A program made the position numbers and the translations under genes. From Amoebidium appalachense (lineage: Eukaryota; Protista; Ichthyosporea), in assembly GCA_963693365.1 (NCBI GenBank), contig CAVNZM010000018.1:1-64000 (forward strand): a stretch of DNA of 64,000 nt, given 5' to 3'. Positions 1-30,900 of this stretch are shown here, piece after piece (positions within the stretch are counted from its first letter, which is position 1; each line of letters opens with the position of its first letter). The notes under the pieces are model-generated. The model saw only the letters and a program-made list of their open reading frames with translations, was not told the DNA's origin and made no database searches.

Positions 1-647
1 AAACCAAATAAAAGTAGTTGTTTTTGAGTCGTTTTGTGAATTTGCATATGGTGTCCTAACAATACATATACTCTAGCCCCATTTTCTTTCTGAACCCCCC
101 CCCCCCCCCCCCCAGTTTTCTGGGGCCCTCATCCCCCCCCCCCCCCCCCCTCAGGCCCCAATCCTTTTCTAGGTTGCCCCTCCCCCCCCCCCCCCTACAC
201 ACACACACATCCTTTGTGCACAAATGGTGTGTGCATCTGCGCACATGTGTACACGCCAGAGCATATGTTGTGTCAGTGTCAGCATGTGTGCGTGCGTGTG
301 CGCATATGCATGTGTGCGCGCACGCACGTGTGTGTGTGTGTGTGTGCATCTTGTGTGTGCAGGTGTCTCATTTTTTTTTGTGGGCACCGGGGGGGGGGGG
401 GGGGGGGGGGCACACCGAATACGCTTTTAAATACTTTAAATCAGTGATCTATCTAGCTTGCACCGAAAACTATGTTAATTAACTGTGCAAATCGAGCACA
501 GCCAAAAGGGAGCACCAGTCCTAAGGGAGTTCTCTGACTTCAGGTTAGATTTAGGCCCCTGGCTGGCGGCAAGCAGATCATTTATGCATTATGGTGCCAA
601 GAGCCAGTGCTCACCATCCCTCGGATAAACGGTTTGGAATCACCAAT

Positions 648-710
<63 letters not shown>

Positions 711-1092
711 AAAGAAAACTTCGGATGGGTAGGCAGAATTAGGGGATTCGGTTGTAGCCACCTACAACCCTACTTCCAGATCCCCCTCCCCACGAGGGCA
801 AAGGGAAATAACCCCTAATCTTCATATGTGCATGTATCTCCGAGTAGCCGGGGAATTATCGCGCTAGAATCATAAATGCGGAGAATCCTTACTTTTAGCC
901 CTAGAGAGTGTAGTTGAGGAAAATGCAAACTAAAATGCAAACTCAGATATAGTCAAGCGCACACATGACCTCCTAAGCACACTTCATGTCCGCAATTATA
1001 GACCTAATAATCCAAGTGTGATCAAAAAACCGACGCCATACGCACTCTTACGACTAACCATTCTCGCTATGTGGGTATAGCTACACCAACAT

Positions 1093-17515
<16,423 letters not shown>

Positions 17516-18686
17516 TGGGTGCAGGTGAGACTTACACCAATCAGATAACCGCAACAGGCTTGGAGCATTCCCATATGTGGATTGTCATGTAGCTGGCTAC
17601 TGATTGTTGGTTGCACCTTTACAAACTTGTGGCGCGTTGGAAGTCACAGGGGTTTACACACTTTTTATTGCGTGGACACTGCCGGAGGCCCAGCCACATT
17701 CGACGGCCTACTGCGTTTTCCAGCACAGCCAATCAAATGCAGCCAGTGACATCCCCCCCCCTCCCCCCCCCCCCCCCCTCCCTCCCTCCAATTATCAAGG
17801 CAATTGGCACACTGCCCCGCTCCCCCGGGCCAGGCCCGTCCTCCCCTCCCGGCCCACAATCGATCCGGGCCCTCTCCCCCCTCTCCACCTTCCGGCCCCC
17901 AACACGTGGCACGTATATACAGCCTCACTGAAGTAGGCCCGCTACAACAGATGCATATGTGTACATCCGCATAGGGGGCGGAGAAGGGCGCCCCATGGGG
18001 TGGCCACGGCCACCCGTGGGCCGGGACTCAACTTGTACAGACACACACCCCCACAGGTGCACAGAACACATACATCACATGCACACACTTGCACCCCACA
18101 CAGTAATCAACTTTAAAAAACACACAATTAGTGACACACACGGCCACGCGCACACATAAGTATGTACACACAAACACATTTACACAAACGTTTACAACCT
18201 CCATAATCATTCCCAAGTTTCTACTGTCGTAGCGTTTGTTCTTTCCCTCCCCAAACGTTCCACATCACTCACGATCGAGGCTCGAGCCGTTGCAATTGCC
18301 CTTCCGACATGGTTACGTAAAACCCAACGCACGCACACCCACACCCATTCAAGCCCGTTCAGACACGGACACATATGCAAGTTTGTTCTCAGCGCTAGAC
18401 GTATGGTGCAGGGCACTGTCCATGTTTGATAATCCAAACAGAAAACGAGCAATATATTTATTTATCGGCAGGCCTGGAGTCCCCACAGGGGATGCCAGCA
18501 ACACCGCTCCTACCCTGGAGACATATTCCTCCCGGGCAATATAGACTATCATTCACTCGGCCACGGCTCAATGGAACCCCATCGAGCACAAACAGTCTTA
18601 TCATGCATGCAATCATACTTTTCCCGGCCTGCGGGCATTCACAAGCATATATGTACAGATAAAACACGTGCTATGTCCACTCGTGT

Positions 18687-19022
18687 TTACCAGCCGCGCT
18701 TGGCCATCTTCTGGTTCTCGGGCAGAGTATCGCAGTTAATGCCCACCATAGGCTCGCCGAGGTCTTCGCTGATTTCGGCAAGTTTGGCAGCATCGTTGAA
18801 ATGTGTGACGGCCTGCACGATGGCCTTGGCGCGCTTGACTGGGTCACCGCTCTTGAAAATACCCTGAGGGAAAAGAAAGGGTAAGTGCCGGTGTGTGTGT
18901 GTAGGCAAGGATTCCCATGAGTGTTCCGTGCTTGTGCATTGTGTGTACGTGTGCGCCCAAGTGCATGTGTGAGGGACGTGTGGTTGAATGTGTGTGTGGG
19001 GGGGGGAGGGGGGGAGGGGGGG

Positions 19023-19056
<34 letters not shown>

Positions 19057-19464
19057 CGGGCACTGGTAGTTTGGGGGGGGGGGGGGGGGGGGGGGTGCAG
19101 CAGAACAACACACTAAAAGTGTGCGCTATAATGCAATGGCATGCAAAACCAATGCACACAGAACGTGTGTGCGTGCGTTCTACACGTGTAGCTGGGGGGG
19201 GGAGGGGGGGGTCTACATTATTAGGCACAGACAGAAGAAACAAAACTGGAAGGGAGGTGTGGATGACACAGGTCATGTGCCTGCATGTCTGAGTAATTGG
19301 GGGATACACACAGACTGAGACCACATGCATCACACGTAGAGCTCCGGGGGGGAGGGGTTTTTAACTCAAGCCATTCGAAAGCCCAACCCACAACCTGGGA
19401 GGGAACTGTCGAAAGAGAGGGAAAAGAGGAAGAGGGGGGAGGGGCGGGGGCCGGGGCCGAGGGG

Positions 19465-19497
<33 letters not shown>

Positions 19498-20254
19498 GGG
19501 GAGAGTGGTGGGAAGAGGGGGGGGGGGAGGGGGGAGTGGTGGGAAGAGGGGAACACATACAGAGCCCACGAAGACACCATCACAGCCCAACTGCATCATC
19601 AAAGCAGCATCTGCAGGTGTGGCCACACCGCCAGCAGCAAAGTTGACCACGGGCAGGCGGCCCAATTTGGCAGTCTCCTGGACCAGGTGGAGGGGGGCCC
19701 TGATCTCTTTTGCATAGGCAAAGAGCTCGTCCTCGTCCATGTTCTGAATCTGCCTGATCTGGCTGTTCATCTTGCGCATGTGACGAACGGCCTCAACAAC
19801 ATTGCCTGTGCCTGCCTCACCCTGTAAATGGAAAGAAAAAAACTGTCAGAAATGCAAATTTGTGCGTTGTGTGTGTTTGTGTGTGCACGCATGTCCGTTA
19901 ACACAAAGGGGTTGCACACCCCACATCTAACTTCAAGGACCCAACTTCAGTAGAAAGGGTCAAACTTTCGTAGGAAGTGTCCAACTCGCGTAGAAAAGAT
20001 CCTGCGCACTTAGGAAAGATCCTGCGCACACACGACTCCCCCCCCCCCCTCCCCTCTCCCTTTTCCCTGCCACCTCCCCACACACGCGCGCGCGCGCGCA
20101 CATGCGCACACCACCTCCTTTCCCCCCACCTCCCACGCCTCATCACCAACAAGTCCATGCACTTCTGTTTTTTGTACTGTAGGCACCTGCTGGCGAGTGA
20201 GTGCTTGGGTGGACAGATGGATGGGTGGGTCGGTTGTGGAAAGAGAGTGTGTTT

Positions 20255-20297
<43 letters not shown>

Positions 20298-20303
20298 TGT
20301 GTG

Positions 20304-20335
<32 letters not shown>

Positions 20336-20647
20336 GATGTATCCCCTCCGACCCAACATCTTCAGCACTACACTATGCACACACCTTTGTGCGGATCATG
20401 CAGGCACCCTCTGCAATGCGGCGCAGGGCCTCGCCCAGGTCCTTTGCCCCGCACACAAAGGGCACGTTGAACTTGTTCTTGTTGATGTGGTGCTCCTCAT
20501 CGGCAGGCGTGAGCACCTCACTCTCATCGATGTAGTCGACACCGATCGCCTGAAGGATCTGCAGGAAGGAAACGTCAGTGTGTGAAACTAAACAGGGTGT
20601 GAGAAGGTGGGGGGGGGGGGGATTTGAGGTGTATGGACAAGCCCGGG

Positions 20648-20684
<37 letters not shown>

Positions 20685-20843
20685 GTGGGATAGGTCATGT
20701 CAACTCGTAAACAACCCTTAGCACGCAGGCAGGGAGGCCCAAAAAAAGAAGCCCGGGCCACCAGGTGCATGGACGAAAATGTGTAGAGGAGAACGCGCAT
20801 GAGAGCTGCTAGGCAATGGTTAAAAGTGTGTGTGTGTGTGTGT

Positions 20844-20879
<36 letters not shown>

Positions 20880-21273
20880 GATAATGTGTATAATTGTCGG
20901 TGGGCCAGAGAACTGGGAAGTGATAGGTGAGAAGGGCAAAAGCAAAGGACATAATGAATACCTGTTCCCATGTCTAAGTGAGGTGAGATGTGGTGGTAAA
21001 GGAGTTCCTGTTAACAATAAATATGTTTCGCGTCTGGGAGACAACATTGTGTACGATAATGAAAATCCAAGTCTTCTACTCTGCAAATAATGATTAGACA
21101 GTTATAGCTCTCACCTTCCTCTCCCTCTCCCCCCCCCCCCTCCCCCCACACCCTACCCACCCCCGGTGGCTGCCAAAAATACAGCAGTTATATCTGGCTT
21201 CCCTCTTCCTCCTTCCCTCAGCCCGTTTATCTGGTTTTACTCAAACACCCTGCTCCGACCCTCCCCCACCCGC

Positions 21274-21309
<36 letters not shown>

Positions 21310-22706
21310 GGGGCCAGGGCGAGGGGGCATGGCACTACTTAAGTATCTTTTTTTCTTTTTGGGGGGGGGGGGGGGGAGGGAGGACACTTACTTGTGCCTC
21401 AACGATATGGCCGATGCGCACTTTGGCCATGACGGGGATGGTGACTGTCTCCTTGATGCCCTTGACCATCTTGGGGTCGGACATGCGCGCAACACCGCCT
21501 GTGTGGTAGAGACGAGTTAGCGTCCTGGAGATTGGTGTGGTTGCTCTGAAATAGGGTAAAGGGGGGGGAGGGGGGGGGGGTCAAGGGGGAGAGGAGGGCT
21601 AAGAACGCCTAACACGGTACGAAGTACAACTATACGATGGGAAACACGATGTGACATATGAGAGCAACGTTGTCTGCAACAATCGCAGTTCAGCACAAAC
21701 CTCAGGGAAGGGAGGGGTCTTCGATAACGGCTTAGTTTCAACGGGGGAGAGCGTGGAGACGGGGGAGGGGCGGAAGTAGTAAAAAGAGGTGAAGTCTGTT
21801 CCATTTTGGGTGGAAGGAAGGGGCGGGGGGGGGGGGGGGGGTTGGGTAGCGAGAGTGGTTGTTAGAACAAAACGGGATGGGTTGTGCGTAAAGGGCAAAA
21901 TGAGCTCAAAGAGAAGGAAAAGGTAGTAAAGGCTCAAGCTATCCAGGAAGCATGACAATACGAGGCGTCTCTAGGCTACAAAGGCAGGAGAAGTAGCAGA
22001 ACTATTAGAAGAGCGCAACCTTCCGACCCCTCCAACCCCCGCAACCCGTCCCCCACCCAACCCACCCCACCCCCCCACCCTCCCCTCCGTACCCCTTCCC
22101 CCTTCCCTCACCCCCCTTACACCCCCTCCCCCACCACATCCTTAACACGGTTAAGTTTCTGGCCGGCCTTCACGAATAATTGTATGAAACTTGGCTCTAA
22201 CATAACAGTGAACTGCAGGGGAAAAAAACCAAGTCTGCTAAACACATTAAAAAGAAGCATTCGATTAGCTAGGTTTGAAGATTCACGTACCATCCTTGCG
22301 GATATCGGCAGGCACGCGCTCAAGGGCCATGACTGCGCAGGCACCAGCCTCCTCAGCAACACGTGCCTGCTCGGGGTTAACCACGTCCATGATAACACCA
22401 CCCTGTGAGGGAGAAGGATGAGCGATTGCATACAGGGAGGGCTCTAAAAAACTATGAATCCATACACCCTTGTAGCATACTGAGAGTCTGGTTTGCGGGA
22501 GACTTCACCGATCAAGCCACAGCCAACGACCTTGGCTTTCAAACAGCGCTGTTGGTGGTAAGAAGGAAAAAAGCCATGTTCCCAGCAGCCATGTTTGCAC
22601 ACACCTTGAACATCTGGGCCAGGCCCTTCTTCAACAGGTCGGTGCCGGTGGCACCGCCGTTGGCAGCGCCGTTGACACCGTTAGCTGTGGCTGTGAGATT
22701 GCTCAT
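18687..22706 (-). CDS. PDX1: Pyridoxal 5'-phosphate synthase subunit PDX1/SNZ (6 exons, 310 aa)
   Basis: Exons 22605-22706, 22291-22402, 21392-21498, 20385-20558, 19561-19821 and 18687-18863 (933 nt, all GT-AG, phases consistent). Motifs [95 protein letters not shown]. Confidence 0.97.
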
Positions 22707-23472
22707 GGTTGTGGTTCTAAGCAACAAAAAGACACTGTTGGGAAGTGCGACTGACGAAGGCAAAACGAGGGGTGAGCCTCTATTTATTAGGCCGAGGGCA
22801 TGTGTGTTCGCCTGTGCTGGCGCTGAAATGATAGAGCGTGATATAAGCACACTGTACACCAATCACATAATGACTTTATATCAGTAATTGAGTTTTTGTT
22901 TTAGATAAGCCAATCGGAGCTTATCCATCTTACCAGAAGTATTTTTAGTCTCGCCGACAATGTCTTCAGAATGAGCAGCGTAAGAGCCCCCCGACTGGCG
23001 GATCTCAATAGGTTACAAGTGTGGATATAAACAGATCATGATGATTAGCCAATAGCAAGGGTCATGAAGATCGAATGCACCTTCACAACGCTTATCGGAT
23101 GCAACGTATCTGCTGAATAAAACAATTAAAAGCAAATGATTCCGAGATTTCTGCCAGTATAAAAGATTTTGATATGAACACATAAGGCAGTTACAGCAGT
23201 TTTATTTTTCTATTCGAAACGCTTGGGCAATGGTGTCGAACAATTCCAACTACTTCCTGTGGAGATCATTCAACCAACGATATGCCGGTTGGCCACAGCT
23301 GTTTTGCCGGTGCCGGGTGGGCCGGCGGCAGCCGGACTGGAGTCACCCGGCCAGTGACCACACTGTAGCTCGGCCACGTGTAATGCAGTGTCGGGTTCAC
23401 CCGGCCACGCTTTTGTGGCGGCTCAGTGTGCCTGTTTTTAGTTTGGTTTCGACATCGTGGTTTTCATTACTG

Positions 23473-23763
23473 TTAGTTTGGGAACATTCAATTTCCTTCG
23501 AATGTAGGAGCAAGCGACGGTTTATGGCTTTGCTTGACCTTCTCGTGAACACGATTAGCGGTAGCTGCTATCATGATATGCTTTTGCTTGTCAACAGTGA
23601 CCGGAGACGTCTGGTTAGTTTGTTTGATAGGGAACGTTCAATTTCCTTCGGGCGTAGGAGCAAACGACGGTTTATGGTTTTGCTTGACCTTCTCGTGAAC
23701 ACGATTAGCGGTAGCTGCTATCATGACATGCTTTTGCTTGTCAACAGTGACCGGCGACGTCTG
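23473..23763. repeat. ~150-bp tandem duplication in the PDX1-Max intergenic region
   Basis: gggaac(a/g)ttcaatttccttcg...tcaacagtgaccgg(a/c)gacgtctg at ~23480 and ~23630. Confidence 0.9.
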
Positions 23764-25444
23764 TAGTATACAAGGGTACTCAGCTCTTTTTGACAGATTG
23801 AAGATAAACATGCACTTCCTAGATTTATTTCACTGCTGGCCACTTGGGGCTGTGAGGTTGCGATGCACACACAGTTACAGCTACGGTCACACGGACTTTT
23901 TGCCCCTTACCAGAGCAAGGAATAAAGCAATAGCACCTGTGCAGGAGCACAGGTCGTGTCGTGACTACAACCTCGATCACAGTCTACGACGTAAATGAAC
24001 TAAACTAGCGACGGTAGACTATCTTGCCCTTGTCAACTTGCTGCGTACCCAATTTTTCTCGCAGGCGTGGGCAGCTGAACTTGCGTGTACTTCATGTAGC
24101 TTGCCACCTTCTCTAAACAAGAAATATTATTCTTTAATTAATATATAGCTAGATAGCTAGCTGGAACTGCTTTGTGATTACCAAGGTGTTCCCATATTGA
24201 GGTGGGTGAGATAGGATGTGCTCTTGGCGTTCAAATGAGGAACTGGCACCGTTATGTCCACACATACAAGGTTGCATACCGCCATGCATGTACCGTTTCC
24301 TTTTTCCTCTGCTCTAGCGCACGCGCCGAGCGTATACCTACCACGATCATGACCATAGTGTTAGGCAACCCCTGTCATCTGTGTATATGCTGGTTATAAA
24401 CTATGATGTTCACACATCTCTGCTCACGACGTCTGCTTCTGTCCGAATGGCTGCATGTTATACTTGTTGTTTCTCGTGATACGCTGCCTTAGGAAGTGGC
24501 TCCAACTTTGGCCATTCACCTTCGACTTTGCTGAAGTCCTTGCCTATGTATATCGAGCCTTCCGAAGGCTTCCGAAGGAAGAATGTACGTGCGGTCGTCT
24601 ATAGTTGGTGTGGCGTTACTACGTATACCCGTCTAACTCTTCTGGCTTAGGGTCGTTTTTGGGCTTCGTTTGTTCTGTATGCTGATGTGTACCAGGTGGT
24701 TTGTCCTGCGCACGCAGAATGGTGTGCAGTAGTTTTCTTCTTTGTGTCAGTCTTCTGCCTCCTCCACCTCCTCCCCCTCCCCTCTCCCACCTTTCTCCCT
24801 CTCCCTCGCTCTCCTTTCCTCCCTCACGTACTCTCTATCCACAGTAGCTCCAGCTCTCACACACACGCCAGCACACGTGAAAGTGCACAGCATTCACGCC
24901 GCTCATGGCAAAGGCTCCGCTCACCGAACCCTCAAGCTCATCGTTCCCCTGTCTCCTTATTGTGTCATGATTCGCAGTAGAGACCCTAACATGCCTATCG
25001 ATATCACACGGCTGCCAACCTTCACCGTGTGGCAAAAAAAAAAAATCTGGCCCTTCCCAGCGGCGGTGCATTTCTGGCCAATTGCTGTTGCCCTCAACGT
25101 AGCTCGCTCCCATTGGCGCATAACACTTTTAAATTATATATCGTTTAATATCATATTTTTACTGCTTTTCAAAAGCAAACAGCCAATAGTTTGCCGAGTT
25201 AGCACCTTGCTCAGGCTTGCTGTCACGCAACTGCCCCAAAAAGCTGAGACACAGCGAGCCGTGTAGGTCCTAAACTGAGATGTTCATGTTTTACAGCGCC
25301 TGCATGACTGAGCAGATACGCCCATTTTAGAGTAGAAAGACAGGCAATACACGACTGCGTGGCATAAGAAACGAGCATAGTGGGTGTATAAGGTGTGTTC
25401 TGTGGGCAAGCTGTAGCTTTGTCTGTGCTTTTTCGAGACCAAAC

Positions 25445-25538
25445 ATGGATAGCGACGATGATATCCCTGCTGGCGGCCGTGATGAGAAGCGCGCGCACCA
25501 CAACGCCTTGGAGCGGTAGGTGCACACACACACGCGCG

Positions 25539-25602
<64 letters not shown>

Positions 25603-26519
25603 AGTGTCGATTTGCGGCGCCCCCGCCCGCACATCTGGATACGGGTGGCACAAGCACCCTTCTTCCTACAGACACAATTACACAGTATCAAACCCAGGCA
25701 CACATACCCTTGAGCACAATTTAGAAACATGCACATCATAGCATGCGATACGCTCTTTCGCGCTTAATAATATAACAACAAGCAGGCACAAGCACACATG
25801 GGCACTTTTTGATGCTCGGTGACAAACACAGCCGCATTATACGTGTGTGCTTTGTCGTAAATAGACACCTGCACACGTGTGCATTTTCGCAGCTACACAA
25901 GTTCATCCAGGCAGAGGAATAACCTGCGCGTGCACTGACAGGAATCATATATTCAAGCTGCTTTATTACTAGAGTGCCCCTGCAGCACTCCTCTCTCAAA
26001 ATCATTTTGAACCACACATAATTTGGCATGCTTCCTTTTCCACCGCACAGTACGTTTTGGGTTTACTCGAGTGTTTACGTTTATCTGTACTTGACATGTA
26101 AGAACGATCAGTCGGTTTCAGGCACGACATCCACTGCCTAGGAGAAAGTTGAGTAGATCCATGTGTTACGTTGTTGAAACCCTACGAGTACTCTCTGGGG
26201 TCCTGCTTTGTTGGTTTCTTTTCAGAGTTAAGCTGTTGCCTCTTACCGTTTTTCTTTAGACCCTGTCCACATGTATTGAGGGCCACCTCCCAACTGTATT
26301 TCTCTTTACCTGACTTTTTGTTTGCCCAGGGAACGTGTGGGGTTGGTAGTTGAACTTTGACATTTCCGTAGCCTTGCGCGTTAGTAAGTTGGCTTCTAGT
26401 GCGCTGTTTTGTAGGAACTCAGAAACACCAACGCCTTTGTTGTTGTTTTTTTTGTTTTGTTCTCAAGCATATGCTTCTCTATCTCCCCCCCCCCCCCCCC
26501 CCCCCCCTCCCCCCCCCCC

Positions 26520-26550
<31 letters not shown>

Positions 26551-26601
26551 ACAGACAGACACAGACACACACACCTGCATCCCACCCGCCCCCACTATCT
26601 A

Positions 26602-26680
<79 letters not shown>

Positions 26681-26707
26681 CCTCTGGCTTTCTCTCTCTC
26701 TCTCTCG

Positions 26708-26779
<72 letters not shown>

Positions 26780-27885
26780 CCCCGCCCTGTCTCCCCCTCT
26801 CCCTCCCCCTCCCCCTTTCTGTCCCTCCCTCCCCACCCCCCTTTTTCATCCCTTTCTCGGGGACCCCCTCTGTGAGTCACTTTGCAGCTCTTTATCACCT
26901 GTGGTTTCGTCAATTTTGCTCCCTTTTCCTGAGTGTCCTTTTTTGCCTTCGTTCCTCTGCATCACACAAAGCAGATTTTAACTCAACCTTGTGAGTATGT
27001 TTTTCTGATATTTCGCTATTTATTGCTTTTTTAACCCCTTCACCCCTCCCCTCCCCTTCCCCACCTCCTCTCGCTCTCTGGCTCTCTCTCTCTCATTCCC
27101 TCCCTCCACCCCCTCCCCCATCCCGCCCCCCCACCCCACCCCCACCCCCGTCCCTCTCGTTTGCCTCTGGCCCCTTTCTTTACCCCGCTCTACGTGCTAC
27201 CATACACATTCACCATTTACGGGTCTACACAGCTACCTCCCCCTCTCCCCCCCGTGGGCCTGCTGATGTTACGTATATGGTGTTTGTTTTAATTGTCGGA
27301 GGGTTGGGGAGCCTCCGGGGGAGGGCGAGGAGGGGAGGTGTAACCCCTTTTCTTCGGTGTGCATTCGTTCCTGTCGCTTACTAGTGTTACATACTCTGTG
27401 TTGATTTCTTTTTTTTTCTTGGGGAGGGAGGGGGGGGGGGGGGGGGGGAGGGGGAGGGATTCTTGTTTTGGTGTTTAGGTGTTCATGCTGTCTGTGGGGG
27501 GGGAGGGGGGGGGGAGGGAATCAGCCCCTATTTCTATGAACCGGCCAATAAGCATCCCGAAGTTTGGGTACGCACCACATGCATGTCCCTTGTGTTTGTT
27601 ATGTTTTCTCTGGCAGCTGCCCCCCCTCCCCCCCCTCCCCCCCTCCGGTAAGCCCACCTTCCCCCACGACCGATATGACACACATGTCCCGCGTGTGTGC
27701 ACGTGCAAAGGATGGGGAGTATTTAGAAAAGGAGGGGGGTTGATTTGTGTGCAATTAACCACGGGTGGGTATGTACTTGTGCATGGATACAGCCATGCCA
27801 GGGCAAATGTGCATTCTCCGTTTATCATTCCTGCTTGCTCTCAGGTCACTGACCCTTTCCCACCCCCCTCCCCTCCCCCCCCCCC

Positions 27886-27916
<31 letters not shown>

Positions 27917-28320
27917 ACACACACACACCACTAACGCCACCACACACACACACACGCACTTGTCTTTCCATCCCCTTCTTTCTCCTTTTGCAACCTCTAT
28001 CACAGAGGCAAAAACATACATGCGTATGCGCATGCACGCACGCACGCGCGCGCACACACACACACAGCAAGCGTCGAGACCACATCAAGGAATCCTTCAG
28101 TATTCTTCGTGACCAGATACCAAACTTGAACGGTGAAAAGGCCAGCCGTGCGGCCATTCTCAACACTGCACGTGATTACATCCACCAGATGCGGGGGACC
28201 AATCACACGATGGAAGCAGAGGTGGATGAGATGCGCAAACAGAATGATCTGATGGCAGAACAGATAAGACTGTTGGAGGCGGCGATCAAGCAGCAGAACC
28301 CGAATGCGGCGCTGGATTAG
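25445..28320 (+). CDS. MAX: Max bHLH-leucine zipper transcription factor (2 exons, 107 aa)
   Basis: Exon 1 25445-25515 (MDSDDDIPAGGRDEKRAHHNALE-CG|gtagg) plus exon 2 28068-28320 (cacag|C-KRRDHIKESFSILRDQIPNLNGEKASRAAILNTARDYIHQMR...QIRLLE) gives the diagnostic Max basic region KRAHHNALERKRRDHIK. Confidence 0.95.
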
Positions 28321-29900
28321 CTGAGTTGCCTTATTTGGTGGGGGTACTGGCTGTATATGGTAATCCAAACACTGCGCGGGACTTATTTCGTTATATGGTG
28401 GTGGTGGTGCTGGTATCGGCGGTGTATGGTTGTTGTATTTGCCATACATGGTAGTATTGCCCATTTATAGTGGTGATGGCTAAATATGGCAGTATTTGCC
28501 ATATGTGGATTACGCCGCTGACACTTTTGGTAGTGTTTGCATTTTTGGTAGTATCGAACATATATGGTAGTGTCCATTTATGGCAGTAAGGGCCATAAAT
28601 GGTTGTGTCGCAATGGGTTATCCATAAAGGGATTATGCTAGAGGGGTGGGGAACATGACGCGACATAGCACTGTGTGCATCTTCATACTATTTGGGCCAC
28701 ACGGGATTTATATACATAGTATGTGTGTGTGGTCTATATTAGGCATATCGCAACGTGAAGTTATTTTAACGCCAATACTTCAACATGTTGACGGCGGAGT
28801 ATATGATAGTTTTGGCCTGTATATGATGCTGTTTCCTTTTTAGGCTTTGCCTGCATATGGTGCGTCTCCTTTTTTGGGAATTTTGTGATGTTCACATGAA
28901 GGGATTCTCCAGACAAATAAATACATGGGCTTTGAGAAGGATCCTTCCAAGCAAATATGGTGTGCTCCGTCAGTAATGTAAATAACTGGTGAATATATAT
29001 GGAGGTTATGCTGCAGCTAGGGTGACCGAGGGGGTGGCAAAGTGTGCACGTACGTGTGTGTCTGGGTGTCAATTTTTTGTGAGTCTGCTTCTGCGTGGGT
29101 GCATTCCTACAGGAATGTGGTGTTGACGGTGGTGAAGGTGGTAGTCGTGGTGGCGGTAGTGTTTGGGGTGGGTGGGTGTGGGGGGGCCGGGTGAGTGGGT
29201 TGGGGGATGGGGGGGGGGGGGGATGGGGAGGTGGCCGTGGGTGGGTTGGGGAGGGAGGGGGGGGGGGGGGACCCACCACCCCTCCGGTTAGCAGGGGGAG
29301 GGGGGGGGGGGAGGGGGGACCAACCACCATTGTGGGAAGGTGGGTCCCCCCCCCCCCCCCAGGGTAAAGGCTGCCATCATATGACTATCACATAACCTGA
29401 TCGTATATAGTACTATGATTTATATTTAGCAGCGGTTTATATACATTCCCAAAACGTAAACATTGAGGCTAACTTAATAGAAGTCACTCTTGATCACCTG
29501 AAACTCAGGCTGTATGTCGTAATTGGCTAGATCACCCCCGGCCCCTCCCCCTCGCCCGAGCCCCCTGTCTCCCCCCTCCCGCCCCCCCCTCTCACACACG
29601 TCTCCAGTCACCTCACCGCGCGCGCACACACAGCACACCCTTTCACACGTATTCAATTAACACGTACCTGCACATGCATGTACCACACATTCACACGAGG
29701 TGCACAAACTTTGACAAGCGATGAGCACCCGACAAGAACTTGCAAATGCACTAACCCACACCACACACGCATACTTTCGTCGCCACACAGGTGCGCACAC
29801 GAACACTGCATGGTTAGCAGGATAGCTTTGCCCACACTACTAAATTAGAAATAGTTGACCGTTGTATGTGTGTACATGTGTGCGCGTGTGTATGAGTGTG

Positions 29901-29950
<50 letters not shown>

Positions 29951-29951
29951 C

Positions 29952-30011
<60 letters not shown>

Positions 30012-30430
30012 GTGGTGTGTGTGTGTGTGTGCGTGCGCATGTGCACATGCATTTACTTGTGTGATTGAGGGTGAGGGGGTGGGGCAGGAGGGGTGGGGGG
30101 GAGGTGAGTGAGGCGAGAGGAGCCGGGGGGAGGCGGGGAGGGGGGGGGGGGGAGGGGGGGGGGCGTTTTGAGGGTGATAAGTCTTAAGAAAATATTAATT
30201 AACCTGAGGGGGGGGGATCCGGAGGAGTGGAAGGAGGTGAGTGAGGCGAGAAGAGGGGGGAGGGGGGGGGGGTCGTTTAACGAAAATATTACGGCGCAAA
30301 TGGTACACGTTTGCCGCGGACAACACAAAGCGACCTTGCAAAGAACACACAATGAGTATGCATCCGGCAGAAGAAGAGCACCAGCACCAACTTAAACGGG
30401 TGGCCGAAACTTTGAACGCATGTGTGTGTA

Positions 30431-30461
<31 letters not shown>

Positions 30462-30482
30462 ATGGGTGTGTGTGTGTGTGTA

Positions 30483-30513
<31 letters not shown>

Positions 30514-30605
30514 CAGTGTGTGTAGTGAGTGTGTATGAGGGGGCCGGGGGGAGGCAGGGGGGGGATATGCATCAGTGGCCAAAACGGAACATCGATGGAA
30601 TTCCT

Positions 30606-30674
30606 GTACAATTTTGGTGGGTGGAAAAGAGACTCAGGTCATGTTCACGCGCATGGGCGGGGCGGGCGGGGTGT

Positions 30675-30713
<39 letters not shown>

Positions 30714-30900
30714 GAGGACCCACCACCCCATCCACCCAGGTGGGTCTCCCCCCGGAAGGGGGGAGGGGGGACCCACCCACCCCCCGGAGGGGGGGGTACA
30801 ATTTTGGTGGTGGAAAAGAGACTCTGGTCATGATCACGCGCATGGGTGGGGCGGGCGGGGTGTCGGGGGGGGGGGGGAGGGACCCACCACCCCGTTCACC
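30606..30900. repeat. ~190-bp G-rich tandem duplication
   Basis: gtacaattttggtgg(g)tggaaaagagactc...cacgcgcatggg...gtgtcgggg...ggacccaccacccc at ~30606 and ~30797. Confidence 0.85.

Noticed and set aside
23230-23766. 178-aa ORF between PDX1 and Max
   Set aside because: Length is inflated by a 150-bp tandem duplication; no recognisable motifs.
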